From Amoebidium appalachense (lineage: Eukaryota; Protista; Ichthyosporea), in assembly GCA_963693365.1 (NCBI GenBank), contig CAVNZM010000012.1, positions 2,418,001 to 2,482,000 of the forward strand: DNA of 64,000 nt. Reading direction: 5' to 3'. The first letter of the stretch is position 1, and every line of letters begins with the position of its first letter. The position numbers and the translations under genes are program-made. Positions 48,901 through 64,000 of the stretch are shown here, in pieces. Below the pieces are notes generated by a model, which saw only the letters and a list, made by a program, of their open reading frames with translations, had not been told where the DNA came from and ran no database searches.

Positions 48901-49469
48901 ACACGACCACACTACGCACACACTTGCACGCATAGAGAAAAGGGGATGATGGGGGGAGGGGGGGAAGGGGGAGGAGGAGGAGGGTGGGTGGGGGGAGAGA
49001 GAGAGAGAGACAGAGAGTGAGAGGCAGAAATGCACACCACTACACCAGCTGGCCCCTCCCCCTCCCCCTTTTCCCCTTGCTCAACTGTTTCTCTCTCCCT
49101 CCTCCTCCCTCCCGGATCCCCTTCAACCCGTCGAGCTCCCGGCCTCCTCCTCCACATATGCATACGACGCCGTGTGTGGTCAGGCACGCAATGTGCGACA
49201 TAAAAAGATATATTTCCTCATGCGCCCCCCGGTGCAGTTTAGTTTTCATTATTTTATCCAAAACATCAGTGAAATGACGTGCGTGTCAGTGCGTACAGGG
49301 CTCACAATGTAGGTCCCAGGTGAATATACCAGTTTAGTCATGGCTCGAGGTATGAATTTCCAGACCTCTGAGCATGCAAGTAGATCTGAGTGTCGAAACT
49401 GACGGTTAATTCATCCGTGTGTGAGTTGCCTTTCCGTGAGCGCCGGCACCATTCGACTCATCTTCACCC

Positions 49470-49510
<41 letters not shown>

Positions 49511-50110
49511 ACATGTGTGCGTGTGTGTGTGTGTGCCGCATGATGGGGGGGGGGAGGGGGAGGTGGGGGAGTGGGAGAAGGTTGAGTAACCCTAACCTCG
49601 TTCATGCGCGTGTGTGAAGTGGAGCTGGCCCAATTATAGCTACCAAAACAGCTACCGTTAGCCAGTGGTGTCCGTGAGATCTCGAATAATGGTGTCGAGA
49701 TGTCGATCATTCGAAATCCCAGTGAAACACCGTTGATTCACCGCACGTGTCATTGAGAAGCAGAGACCAGACGCTTCTACGACTTCATAGGAAAGCAGAG
49801 ACCACAAGCTCTTACGAATTCATGATCAAGGCTTTGGCATGCAGCTTTCAGTTGCCCTCGAGAACGTGGCGCATATGTATCCACTCCTAGTTCGGCGACA
49901 AATTACCAGTGAAGATTGAAGGTACGAGGGTGGGATTCTACTTCGCGTGCATGACCTGTGGGCTGTATGTGTGTGTATTTGAGAGAGGGGGGCCATGTGT
50001 GTGTGTGTGTTTGATCATGGCCGTGCACATGTGGCGCATATACGCCCCAGTTCAGTGACAAATTACTACAAGATTGAAGGCACTAGGGTGGAATTCGATC
50101 CTGTGTGTGT

Positions 50111-50141
<31 letters not shown>

Positions 50142-50409
50142 GGGGGGGGGATTTGATCTCGGTCTGGGACCACACGCATGCACAGGTGCATGTGCACGCA
50201 CGAGTCATCAGTATTCAACCATTCCCATTAAACCCCAATTTTTATTGGTCACCCCACCACCGCCACTAGCAGTAGCTTACACATTATTACATATCGCATG
50301 AACACTCTCTCCACATGCTACTAAACATGGTGTGCTGTGATCATGGAAATAAACGACGACATAGTGCCCCATGGGGGCATAGGCAAATTGTGTGTCGGTT
50401 GCACAGTCT

Positions 50410-55447
<5,038 letters not shown>

Positions 55448-55954
55448 GGTCGGTTTTCGACGGGACAAACGAAGAATAAAGCACCGAAAAACTGACTCTA
55501 CGTGGGTGAGTGGAACCCCTCTTAGGTCGCCGCTAAACTGAAAGACGTGTGCAAGTGCTTTGAAAGCCCAGCGGCCGTGCCGCGCCGCCCGCCCCTCCCC
55601 CGCGCCGGCCCGGATCCGGAATGCAAGAAGCCCGCATGGCAGGCGAATGTCTGCTTCGAAATGAAGTTAGCCAATAGGAAATGGGAAAACGTTGCGATTG
55701 GCTGCTGGGTCGTCAAATGATAAGGTTTGCTGCTGTCTGATTGGATAAATGGTGAGCGGATTAAACAAATATGGAAATTGAGCCACGTCAAAAAGTTTGC
55801 CGCGCTCTGCTTTCAACTGTGACGTCACGGCTTGGAAGTACAGTATATAAAGATTTTTCAGAACGCATGTTCCATGTTTTCTAGTCAGCTGTGTGCTTTC
55901 TAAAACTTTGTAAAAAGAGCTGCAGTCACGTCAATACCGGCAGCATTAGGGAAA
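55448..55954. promoter_or_regulatory. Bidirectional promoter region between SDHB and TIM23
   Basis: The two ATGs diverge 507 bp apart. The region has a GC-box-like CGCCCGCCCC near 55586, CCAAT at 55671, ATTGG at 55697 and 55740, the CRE palindrome GTGACGTCAC at 55819-55828 and TATATAAA at 55844. Confidence 0.65.
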
Positions 55955-56719
55955 ATGAACAGCAATAGGGATAATACGGTGTATAACACTTACGATGAGA
56001 ATGATCCGAGCATCAGCGCAGTACCCGGTATGTCCCACCCCTTCCCTCCCGAGAGCCCCCCCAGCTCCATATGCATGCGATCATCTGCGCCTGACAGACG
56101 TATTGGCTGGTGCACTGATTTGATTTCTGATGTGTACATTAGCAGCCCTTTGTAACTGCGGCCTACAGATGAAAAGTAACTTTGGCGCCCACCCTACACT
56201 TTAAAATGGGCAATCTACCTTTCCTTTCTTCCCCGCCACAGCTAGTTGATCAGAATTAGTACAAGTTTAGCTCATCCTTCAGCCGATGTAGCCTCCTTCC
56301 ACATTCTTGCCCCCCCCCCCCCCCCCCCCTCCCCCCTTCCCCCCCCTCCACCCCCTTTCCCGCTGCTTTTGCTTGGCCCACCTTTCGCTTCTTATAGAAT
56401 TTAAGCCACCTGTGTAATGTCCCCTCCGTGCCGAGTAGGGATTTTCCCCACTCTCCCTGCCTCCCCGCCCCTCCCCCTTCCCCTCCTCTCACTAGTACTC
56501 TCTTCGCTTCCCCCCGCCCCCCCCCCTTTGTCTTCCTTCCCTTCCCTCCCCAAGTCCTAACTTTTCTCCAAACGGCCGTCGTTTTCCCCTCAGTATTGCC
56601 CCGTACATGGGCGTCTACCCCTGTGTCCTTCCCCCCCCCCCCCCCCCCCCCTCCCACCCACCGCCCCTTCCCGCCTTTTCTCGGTCCCCCCCTGTCCCCC
56701 CCTCTCTCTTATCTCTCTC

Positions 56720-56755
<36 letters not shown>

Positions 56756-57640
56756 CCCCCCCCCCCCTCCCCTCAGCCCCCCCCTTCCTAGCCCCCTTGC
56801 CTAATCCCCCTGATTCTCCACCCTTCCCCCTAACCCGCCAATCCCCCGCCTCCCCTTTCAAAAAATTTTGTGCCCAGTACACTTACACAAGCTTCACCAA
56901 CAGTATTTGCACGAGGATCCGGGGCCCTCTCCCCGTATGCACAGGCATACGGTAGCAGCCTGAATCTCTCCTTTGCACACGACAACGAGGGAGGTGACTT
57001 CTTGTATGCTGAAGACGCAAACAAAAAGCGGAGCTGGGGGGATAAGGTGTTCTATGGCACTGGTGCTGCATACATGATTGGTAAGGTAATGCTGCTATAA
57101 GGAGGCATTGTTTGAGTGAATGTTTGTAGTTAGTATTAGCCACTTTGTTTGACAGCGTGGGTGATTGGGGGGCAAGAAGGGTGGTTTTCTTGGGGGGGGG
57201 GATGGGGGGGGGGGGGGGGTTAAAAGGCTTGATAGAGGCCAGTGTGGGAGGGGAAGGGTGAGGGTGGGGGGTTGGGGGGTGGGATTGTGTGTTTTGGTGA
57301 GGGCTCGGTAAAATGAGGCAAGGGTGATGGGGAGTTAGGAAGGGGGCAGAGTTATTGGGCACACGGTTGGCGGATGTTAAAAGGGTTGGTTGTTCAACGG
57401 AATACATACATGTGGGGAATGGATTGAATAGGATTACAATAGTTAAATGATATCCCTACCTTTTTTGTTTAAGTTTTATCACGATTGGAGCTGCCAGGGT
57501 TAAAAGAAAATTGAGCCCCCCCCCCCCCCCCCCCCCCTCCCCCTTTTTTTTTTTTCTCACTGCGGTGATGTTTGGCGACGAGCTGTTAGACAGCTCTCTT
57601 TCACCCTCTCTCTGGGAGTCCCTTCCCCCTCCCCCCCCCA

Positions 57641-57692
<52 letters not shown>

Positions 57693-57793
57693 CCTCCCTC
57701 CTCCGTCCTCCCCCCCCCACGTCCCTTTGGCCCTGCTCCCCGCCCGGCCCCTCCCCTCTCTCTACCTGTTGGCCTTCGGGGAGGGGGGGGGGG

Positions 57794-57826
<33 letters not shown>

Positions 57827-58200
57827 GGGGGGGGGGGGGAGGGGGGCCTTGTCATGTACGACCAATGCATATCGTAACTTGGATTGGTCGTTCTAATGGC
57901 AAAGGAAGGGGAGGGTTGGCACGGTGGGGAAATGAGACCGAAGAGGAGGGGGAGGGGGCTGAAGCTGTAGAGGTGTTTCTTGTTGTGGTTATCTTTTCTT
58001 CCCTGGTGTTGGGGAATAGGGGGCGGGGGGCCGGAGGGGGGGAGGGGGGGGGGGGATGTACGCCAAGTACTTGACTGTTCCATTCTTGGGCAAGAGTTGG
58101 GAAGGGATCTGGGTGCCTGTAGCTGGCCGAAAACAGGGCTTTTCTTCCCTTCCCCCCTTTTTTTTCTTGTTTTTTTTTTTTTTTCTTTTTTTCTTGTTTT

Positions 58201-58231
<31 letters not shown>

Positions 58232-60644
58232 GGGGGGATACGGATGAGAAGGCAAGCCTCAAAGGCTGTTTTTTGAAACGGTTTTTCATCATCATTTTGA
58301 GAGTTGTGCATCCTTATGTTTTGCCTTCAGGCTCTGCTGCCGGAGGTGTGTGGGGAGTAGCCGAGGGGTTGAAGAACCCGGAGGCTATCACGCGCAGACT
58401 GAAAATCAACAGCGTGCTAAATTCGGTGACGAGAAGGGGGCCGTTTGTGGGCAACTTCGCAGGTGTTCTGGGTAAGTTTTTGAAGTGTGGGTGGTGTGGG
58501 TTGAACAGAATTGCAAATGCCAACTTAAGGGGCAGGCAGGGCGAATGAGATGGATTATGTGTGGGTTGTCTTTCTGCAGATAGACCAGTCCGGGGGGGGG
58601 GGGGGGGGGGGGGAGGCAAGGGTTTGACCCTTGTCCACATTGCCCCCCTCTCTCCCCCCCCCCCCCCCCCCCCCCCCACACACACACACAAAAGAAATGA
58701 AATTACTGTCCGTTCGCCTTTTCCCCCTTCACCTTTACGGCAGGTACCTCACTTCTCTTTCACATACCTTCATTGGAGTTTTATAATGTCGTATGTCTAC
58801 AAGCAACTTTTTTTTAATATTAGCGCGCAAACTACATTGGGATACTACGATCTTTAGACATCTCTTCCCACCAAACTATTCCACCTGAAATCTGACTCTT
58901 GGTTTCCTTTCAGCGTTGATGTACACTGTAATTGATGGCAGTCTTGTGTGGCTAAGAGACGGTCAGGATGACTACGTGAACTCTGTGAGCGCAGCAGCAC
59001 TCACGGGTGTCCTGTTCAAAACCACGGGTAAGTCTCATCATCCCTGCGATTGTTCTTGCATGTATGTGTAACGGCATGACTCTTCTTTAACATTTCTGCC
59101 TTGCCATAAGCAACCCTGCTCGTCTTTGATCAAGACGGGTTGACCCGCCCAAGTTCAGTTGATGCTGCTGTCTGAGTTGGAGCGTCGTATATACGCGGGC
59201 TAAGGGGTCGAAACTCAGACGCAATTGATGACTTGGGTCCTTCCTGAGGATGGGCTCTGCTTATGACGCATACTGTGCACATGGCTGATGTTGCATACTT
59301 GAATGTTTGCCTTTGCATGTGTCCTGCACCATGCTTCTCGTCGTGTATGCGTACTTCGTACCGTGTTCCGCATTCAAACCCCCCCCCCCCCCCCCTCTCT
59401 CTCGAACTCCCACAGCCTTTTTCATTAATGCTGAACATACTTCTTGCACTATTGAGTACTCCCTGTGCGACCCCTACCTACCCTTTATGCCCTGCCCCCC
59501 CCCCCCCCCCCCCCCCCCCGTGATACCATATTTCCGGCTGACATCCGGGGGCATAGCTTTCCGTTCGAAGACGTTAAAGTTCCGCCCTAGTAAGCGTGTT
59601 ACTACCCTGCGGCGTGGGTCAAATCTCATATTTTCCCCTCTGATTGCGAATTCTGCGGCCTTCAGGACTTAATTCTTTTCAGCTGGTGTAGTATGTTAGC
59701 CAGGGAAGTATCGACTTAGGTAGCGACGGGGGAGCTTCCTAGAAGCCCCGTTTCCTGAGTTCCTATCTATATTTTTCTTGCTTCTGCTTACTGCTGCAAC
59801 TTTAACCCCCAGCCTTTCCCACTGCCCTTGCCTGCATAAGCAACCCTGCTCGTCTCTGATCAAGGCGGGTGACCTACCCATGTTCAAGGGAAACAGTATC
59901 TGAGTTGGGTTTCGTTAACGAGGTGAATAGGTCGAAACGCGGGTACTGTGGATGACGTGGGCCCCCCCTGAAAATGGGCCCTGCTTATTATGCATACTCT
60001 TTATGTATGGCTTGCATTCTGCATCGTGTTATCCGTTTGTTCTTGTGTACTTCGTACTTTTTGACGCATTCAACCCCCCCCCCCCCCCCCCTCCCCTCCG
60101 CTTTCCCCCTTAGTAACATGTGATTTAATAAGAGTGGTAAGGTGGTTAGGAATTTTGTGTTGGGATCATGCTTCAGAAATGGGTTAAATATTTTGGTCGA
60201 AATTCAATATCGCATACTATCACACACCTTTTGCCCCTTCAACATTTTTTTGTGCAGGTGTGGTGAACATTTTTTTGTGCAGGTGTGGTGACACTGGTGA
60301 GAAGGGGCTGTATGGATGTTGGGATGTTGGTCGTATATTTGCACTGCGATGAAGGAGCAGGGGAGGCCCCCGGGGGGGGGGGGGGGGGGGGGGGGGCTGT
60401 AGAGAAACAGGTACAGGTTGCATTTGTTGAGGTTAAGATTGTTCTGGAATGACCTTAGAATATGGTTCTGCAGTATTACGCCATGCGTATTTAGTTGTGA
60501 GCACTTTTTTCCTGCGGTTATAATGCTAACTTCGGGGCCAAAGGTGGTGTTCGGGCCATGGGCATGGCAGGTGTGCTGGGAGTAGGGATTATCGGCTCGG
60601 CGGCAGCAGCAAAACACCTGTTCGAGCAACGGCAAACCTACTAA
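55955..60644 (+). CDS. TIM23: Mitochondrial inner membrane translocase subunit Tim23, 5 exons, 201 aa
   Basis: Exons 55955-56027, 56904-57080, 58331-58471, 58914-59027 and 60544-60644, all introns phase 1. Motifs RSWGDKVFYGTGAAY, RLKINSVLNSVTRRGPFVGNFAGVL and DDYVNSVSAAALTGVLFKT. Confidence 0.93.
59099..59378 (+). mobile_element. Dispersed structured repeat, subfamily B copy (TIM23 intron 4)
   Basis: Near-identical to 21518-21785. Ends CCGCATTCAAA followed by a C-run. Confidence 0.8.
59708..60073 (+). mobile_element. Dispersed structured repeat, long subfamily A copy (TIM23 intron 4)
   Basis: Homologous to 50797-51162(-), 10651-10759(+), 23687-23874(-), 24052-24240(-) and 26322-26414(-). 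Ends GACGCATTCAA followed by a C-run. Confidence 0.85.
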
Positions 60645-61822
60645 ATCTAGATTGGCATGAAGGATCGGCATGAATACTGACTGTATGCGACGGTGGTCTT
60701 CCCTGAAAGAAGAAGGACGAGCTGGAAGGCGGAAATGTAATGACCACGTGACATGTGGTTATTTTTATTAGCCTTAGCTGATTATAACTTGTACGAATTT
60801 GAATGTGCGCACTTTTTTGGTCAACGGATTTTTAATAGCACGATTGCCAGCAGGTTTTCTTTCCGGGCCTTGCCCATTTTAATATAATTGTGATGATGTG
60901 AAGCTAGCGCGTAGCTACTAGTACCGGAGTGTTAGTGCTCACAATCATCGCGCGAGATCTTTGATTGCTAATATAAGCGTTCAGGGTTAGTACTGTCAGC
61001 TGTTACTTGTCAGTGCTTCAGTGTTAGGGACCTGCTTATGATCGTTGTGCTTATTGTAGTTGTATCTCTGTTATTTGATTGACGTTATGCCCTTGTACAT
61101 GTACAGTTGGTAAAATCCTAGGCCATATGTACACGCCTCCGCCATAATGCAGAATATGGTGAAGTAAGAAGAATAGACAGCTAGCACTAAATTTGCGCGT
61201 TGAGGTTGCCCCAGTCCACTTCGGACTCTACCTACCCCCCCCCCCCCCCCCCCCCCTGGCATGCTTTGGGCCTCCCCCATCCTTTGCCTTTTGATACGTA
61301 CACACACTCGCACACTCGCACCGTACGCGTGGCTCAGCACATGTCATGTAAACAGCACATCCCTCCCTTCTCCCTCCCCACTCTCTCTCTCTATCTCTCC
61401 CTCTCTCCCCTCCCCCCTCCCCCCTCCTTCCCCTCACACACACACGACAAATGCAAAGCTTTGGTGGAGAAAGTGATCAAAATACCTGCCATATTTGGCA
61501 GGCGCGCTGCGCAGATCTGCCGTTAGGGAAATCGAAAAGGTCCGAGGCCTCACTTCGCACAGGAATGAAAACAGAACGAACCCCAAGTTGCAGCTGCCTA
61601 CTGCAGACTCTGTGTGAACGAAGTATACTATAGGAAAGCAGGCTTAGAGACCTGGAAGGTTGATAGTGAACTGCTGAGCGAGTTTGTAGGCGGCTATTTA
61701 TATGCAGTGAATCCTTGTTAAGAGTACATAAATGATCTAGTAGCAGTGATACGCTCAAAACTAGCTACAAGCACTGTTATAAATAAAGAACCGTAGGGCA
61801 TCGCCCTCCTTCTATCGCCACA

Positions 61823-62799
61823 ATGTCCTTTTCGAAGACAGCAGCAGCGAAGTCGGTCTACAGCTATGCCAAAGACAACCCCGACCAAGTGAAGAAGGGT
61901 GTCAACTATGCACGAGAGAACCCCGACAAGGTCAAGAAGGTAACTAAGCATCTAGACATGATCCGACCATGCATAAGTTCTTACTCAGTGATGATCACGT
62001 TGCTGTAAACGGTTTGAATGATTTGGAAGGAGGGTGTTTGTTCAAATTATGGTGTATTTTCGGCAGAAGAGAATACCAAACCAGTAGTGGTGTTTAATGA
62101 GCTATATTGGCATCTCAAGGCATGTCGAAGTAGATGGTGCTCTAACCTGCTCTCTGATGCAGGCCTATAATGTCGGGTCAGACTACTACAAAAACAACGA
62201 AGACCCATCGAACCCACAAACCATGGGAAAGGCTGCCTACAAGTATGCGCGGGAGAACCCTGAAGAGGTATGGGCTGGGGCATAATTACATGTATGATGT
62301 GCTTCAACTAGCGGATTTGACCAGCACACCGATGTGTACACATGCTTGGGAATCGAAAGTCTTCCACAACTCTGCTGTTGGAGGGCTGGAGCGGCTAGAG
62401 TATGCACCTAGTCCATTTTTGCAACTATTTTTTTTTTAAAATTCCAGCAAATAAACCAAAAAATACCTGTTTCTTTTGGGTTCCTGGAAGTCCACGTAGG
62501 TGCATCGTTGTGTTCAATCTGCAAAACCTCAACCTTTCTTGAAAGCACAAGATGTGCACAAAATTCACGGTTGAAACTTTACGACACTCGTGTTGATTTT
62601 CTGGTTTGGTGTTTTTTTTTTTTGAATACAAATAGATTCAGTGTTTGCGCTGCAAAATCGAAAATAACATTTTGAATGTCTTAATGGATCTGTGGCGGAA
62701 CACACTTTTTGTCAAGCACGGCTAAACTCATGTTTGTGCCCGCAGGCAAAGAAGGGTGCACAGTGGGCGCGAGATAACCCAGAAGCAGTGAAGAAGTGA
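61823..62799 (+). CDS. Small 91-aa protein with four YA(R/K)(E/D)NP(D/E)x(V/A)KK repeats, function unknown
   Basis: Exons 61823-61939, 62163-62267 and 62746-62799, phase 0, GT-AG. Translation: MSFSKTAAAKSVYSYAKDNPDQVKKGVNYARENPDKVKKAYNVGSDYYKNNEDPSNPQTMGKAAYKYARENPEEAKKGAQWARDNPEAVKK*. The repeats are conserved at protein level and differ at synonymous sites. Confidence 0.85.
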
Positions 62800-63335
62800 G
62801 AATCCCCCTCCCGCGTCTTTTGCATGTCTATTGTGGTGTTTGACAAGCAGCCGCTACTCCGTTACGGATACTGTGTTAGCAAGCTGGAGGGAAAAGTATA
62901 TGGGCGGTAGAATACGTGGTGTTCTTTTGTAGCTTTCAGCGCTGTGCTTTTTCTCGTTGCTATCCTATTGGTAGGTGTAATGTCGCAAGAGTGTTTGAGC
63001 GTGCACAAATGTTGTTAGAATGACTCGGTCAGATGAATTCTTTGCCCCTTCCCACTGCTATCCGCGCTCTCATGTGCCTGAGACTACCCACCTCCCACCT
63101 CCCCCCCCCCCCCCCTCCCCCCCCCCCCCCCCCCCAGCACACACACACACATTCCCCTCTCTTCCCCCCCCCCTCCCCCCCCCCCCCCCCCCCCCCCCCC
63201 CAATTTTAAGTGTGTGGGGAATAGGGATTTGTGGGGGGGGGGGGGGGGGAAGAAGGGAGGGGGCGAATGAGTGAAGAAGAAGAATACCGTGTTTTTTGGT
63301 GGTTTTTTATGTTCTTAATGTGTGACCAATCCCCC

Positions 63336-63366
<31 letters not shown>

Positions 63367-63650
63367 CACCTTATCAAGCCCATATCCACCCCCACCCCCC
63401 ACCACTTCTAATCTAACGCCTACCATCTCCCTTTTCTTTTCAGGGGCATGAGTGACGCGTCAAATGCACAAAGGTGCAGTCAATGTCCCGTGTCTGCCTG
63501 ACCCCAGTATTTGTTATGTGTGCCTTGGTGTCTTGGTGGTGATCGCTGGTAAATTTAAGAATGACGGAGAGTTTTACTGCAAGAACCTGGGTTGCATTTC
63601 CCCCTTTTTTCTTCCCTTTTTTCCTTCCTTCCTTCCTTCCTTTCTTTCTT

Positions 63651-63683
<33 letters not shown>

Positions 63684-63691
63684 AGGAAGAA

Positions 63692-63722
<31 letters not shown>

Positions 63723-64000
63723 CTGCCCAGTAAAAATGGTGTTTGTCCTGCTGGTTTAGTGTTGTGGATGTGCGTGTGTGGAAGAGGTGGAGGTGGATGG
63801 TGGTATGTGGATAACGGGAATACCGTTAGGGCCGGTGTTTTGGGAAAGAAGGTGAGAGTACAAGGATCACTGTTTAATTGAGGGGTTTCTGGGTGGCCAG
63901 ATGTGTGTTTGTGGCATCGGTACAACTAGTTTAACTGGCACAGTTTACTATTTGTTCCGGGCTTTTTGCGGAAAACGGAAAGTAAGGGTAAGAAAGGCTT

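Noticed and set aside
47883-49020. 348-aa, 263-aa and 241-aa ORFs
   Set aside because: Translations of a polypyrimidine tract with no coding signal.
50031-50102. tRNA or SINE-like A/B boxes (GTGGCGCA...TTCGATCC)
   Set aside because: No cloverleaf can be formed and the box matches are weak.
59673-59700. Alternative TIM23 terminal exon (cag|CT GGT GTA GTA TGT TAG)
   Set aside because: It would truncate the last TM helix. Exon 60544-60644, with a GCTAAC branch site, supplies it.

Overview
Eukaryotic, intron-rich genomic DNA, probably from a non-animal unicellular opisthokont such as an ichthyosporean-like holozoan. That placement is an inference from the gene content: class II aldolase, gp210, a SOS-like RasGEF and a U12 intron. 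Introns and intergenic DNA are full of poly-C/poly-G runs and (CA)n/(GT)n tracts, so almost every entry in the ORF track is a low-complexity artefact. Splicing by hand recovers seven protein genes: NUP210/gp210 (5' end outside the window, +), class II fructose-bisphosphate aldolase (+), a SOS-like REM+CDC25 RasGEF (-), prefoldin subunit 1 (+), SDHB (-), TIM23 (+) and a 91-aa orphan YARENP-repeat protein (+). The main non-routine signals are: (1) a dispersed repeat family of about 14 copies or fragments, with one fixed end usually abutting a C-run and a covarying, pseudoknotted structured core; (2) an AT-AC U12-type intron in the RasGEF; (3) recurrent duplication of exon-end plus 5' splice site into the following intron, in four different genes; (4) two MITE-like elements and a hierarchical 3x1 kb tandem array. 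All coordinates were counted by hand and may be off by a few bases. No database search was run.
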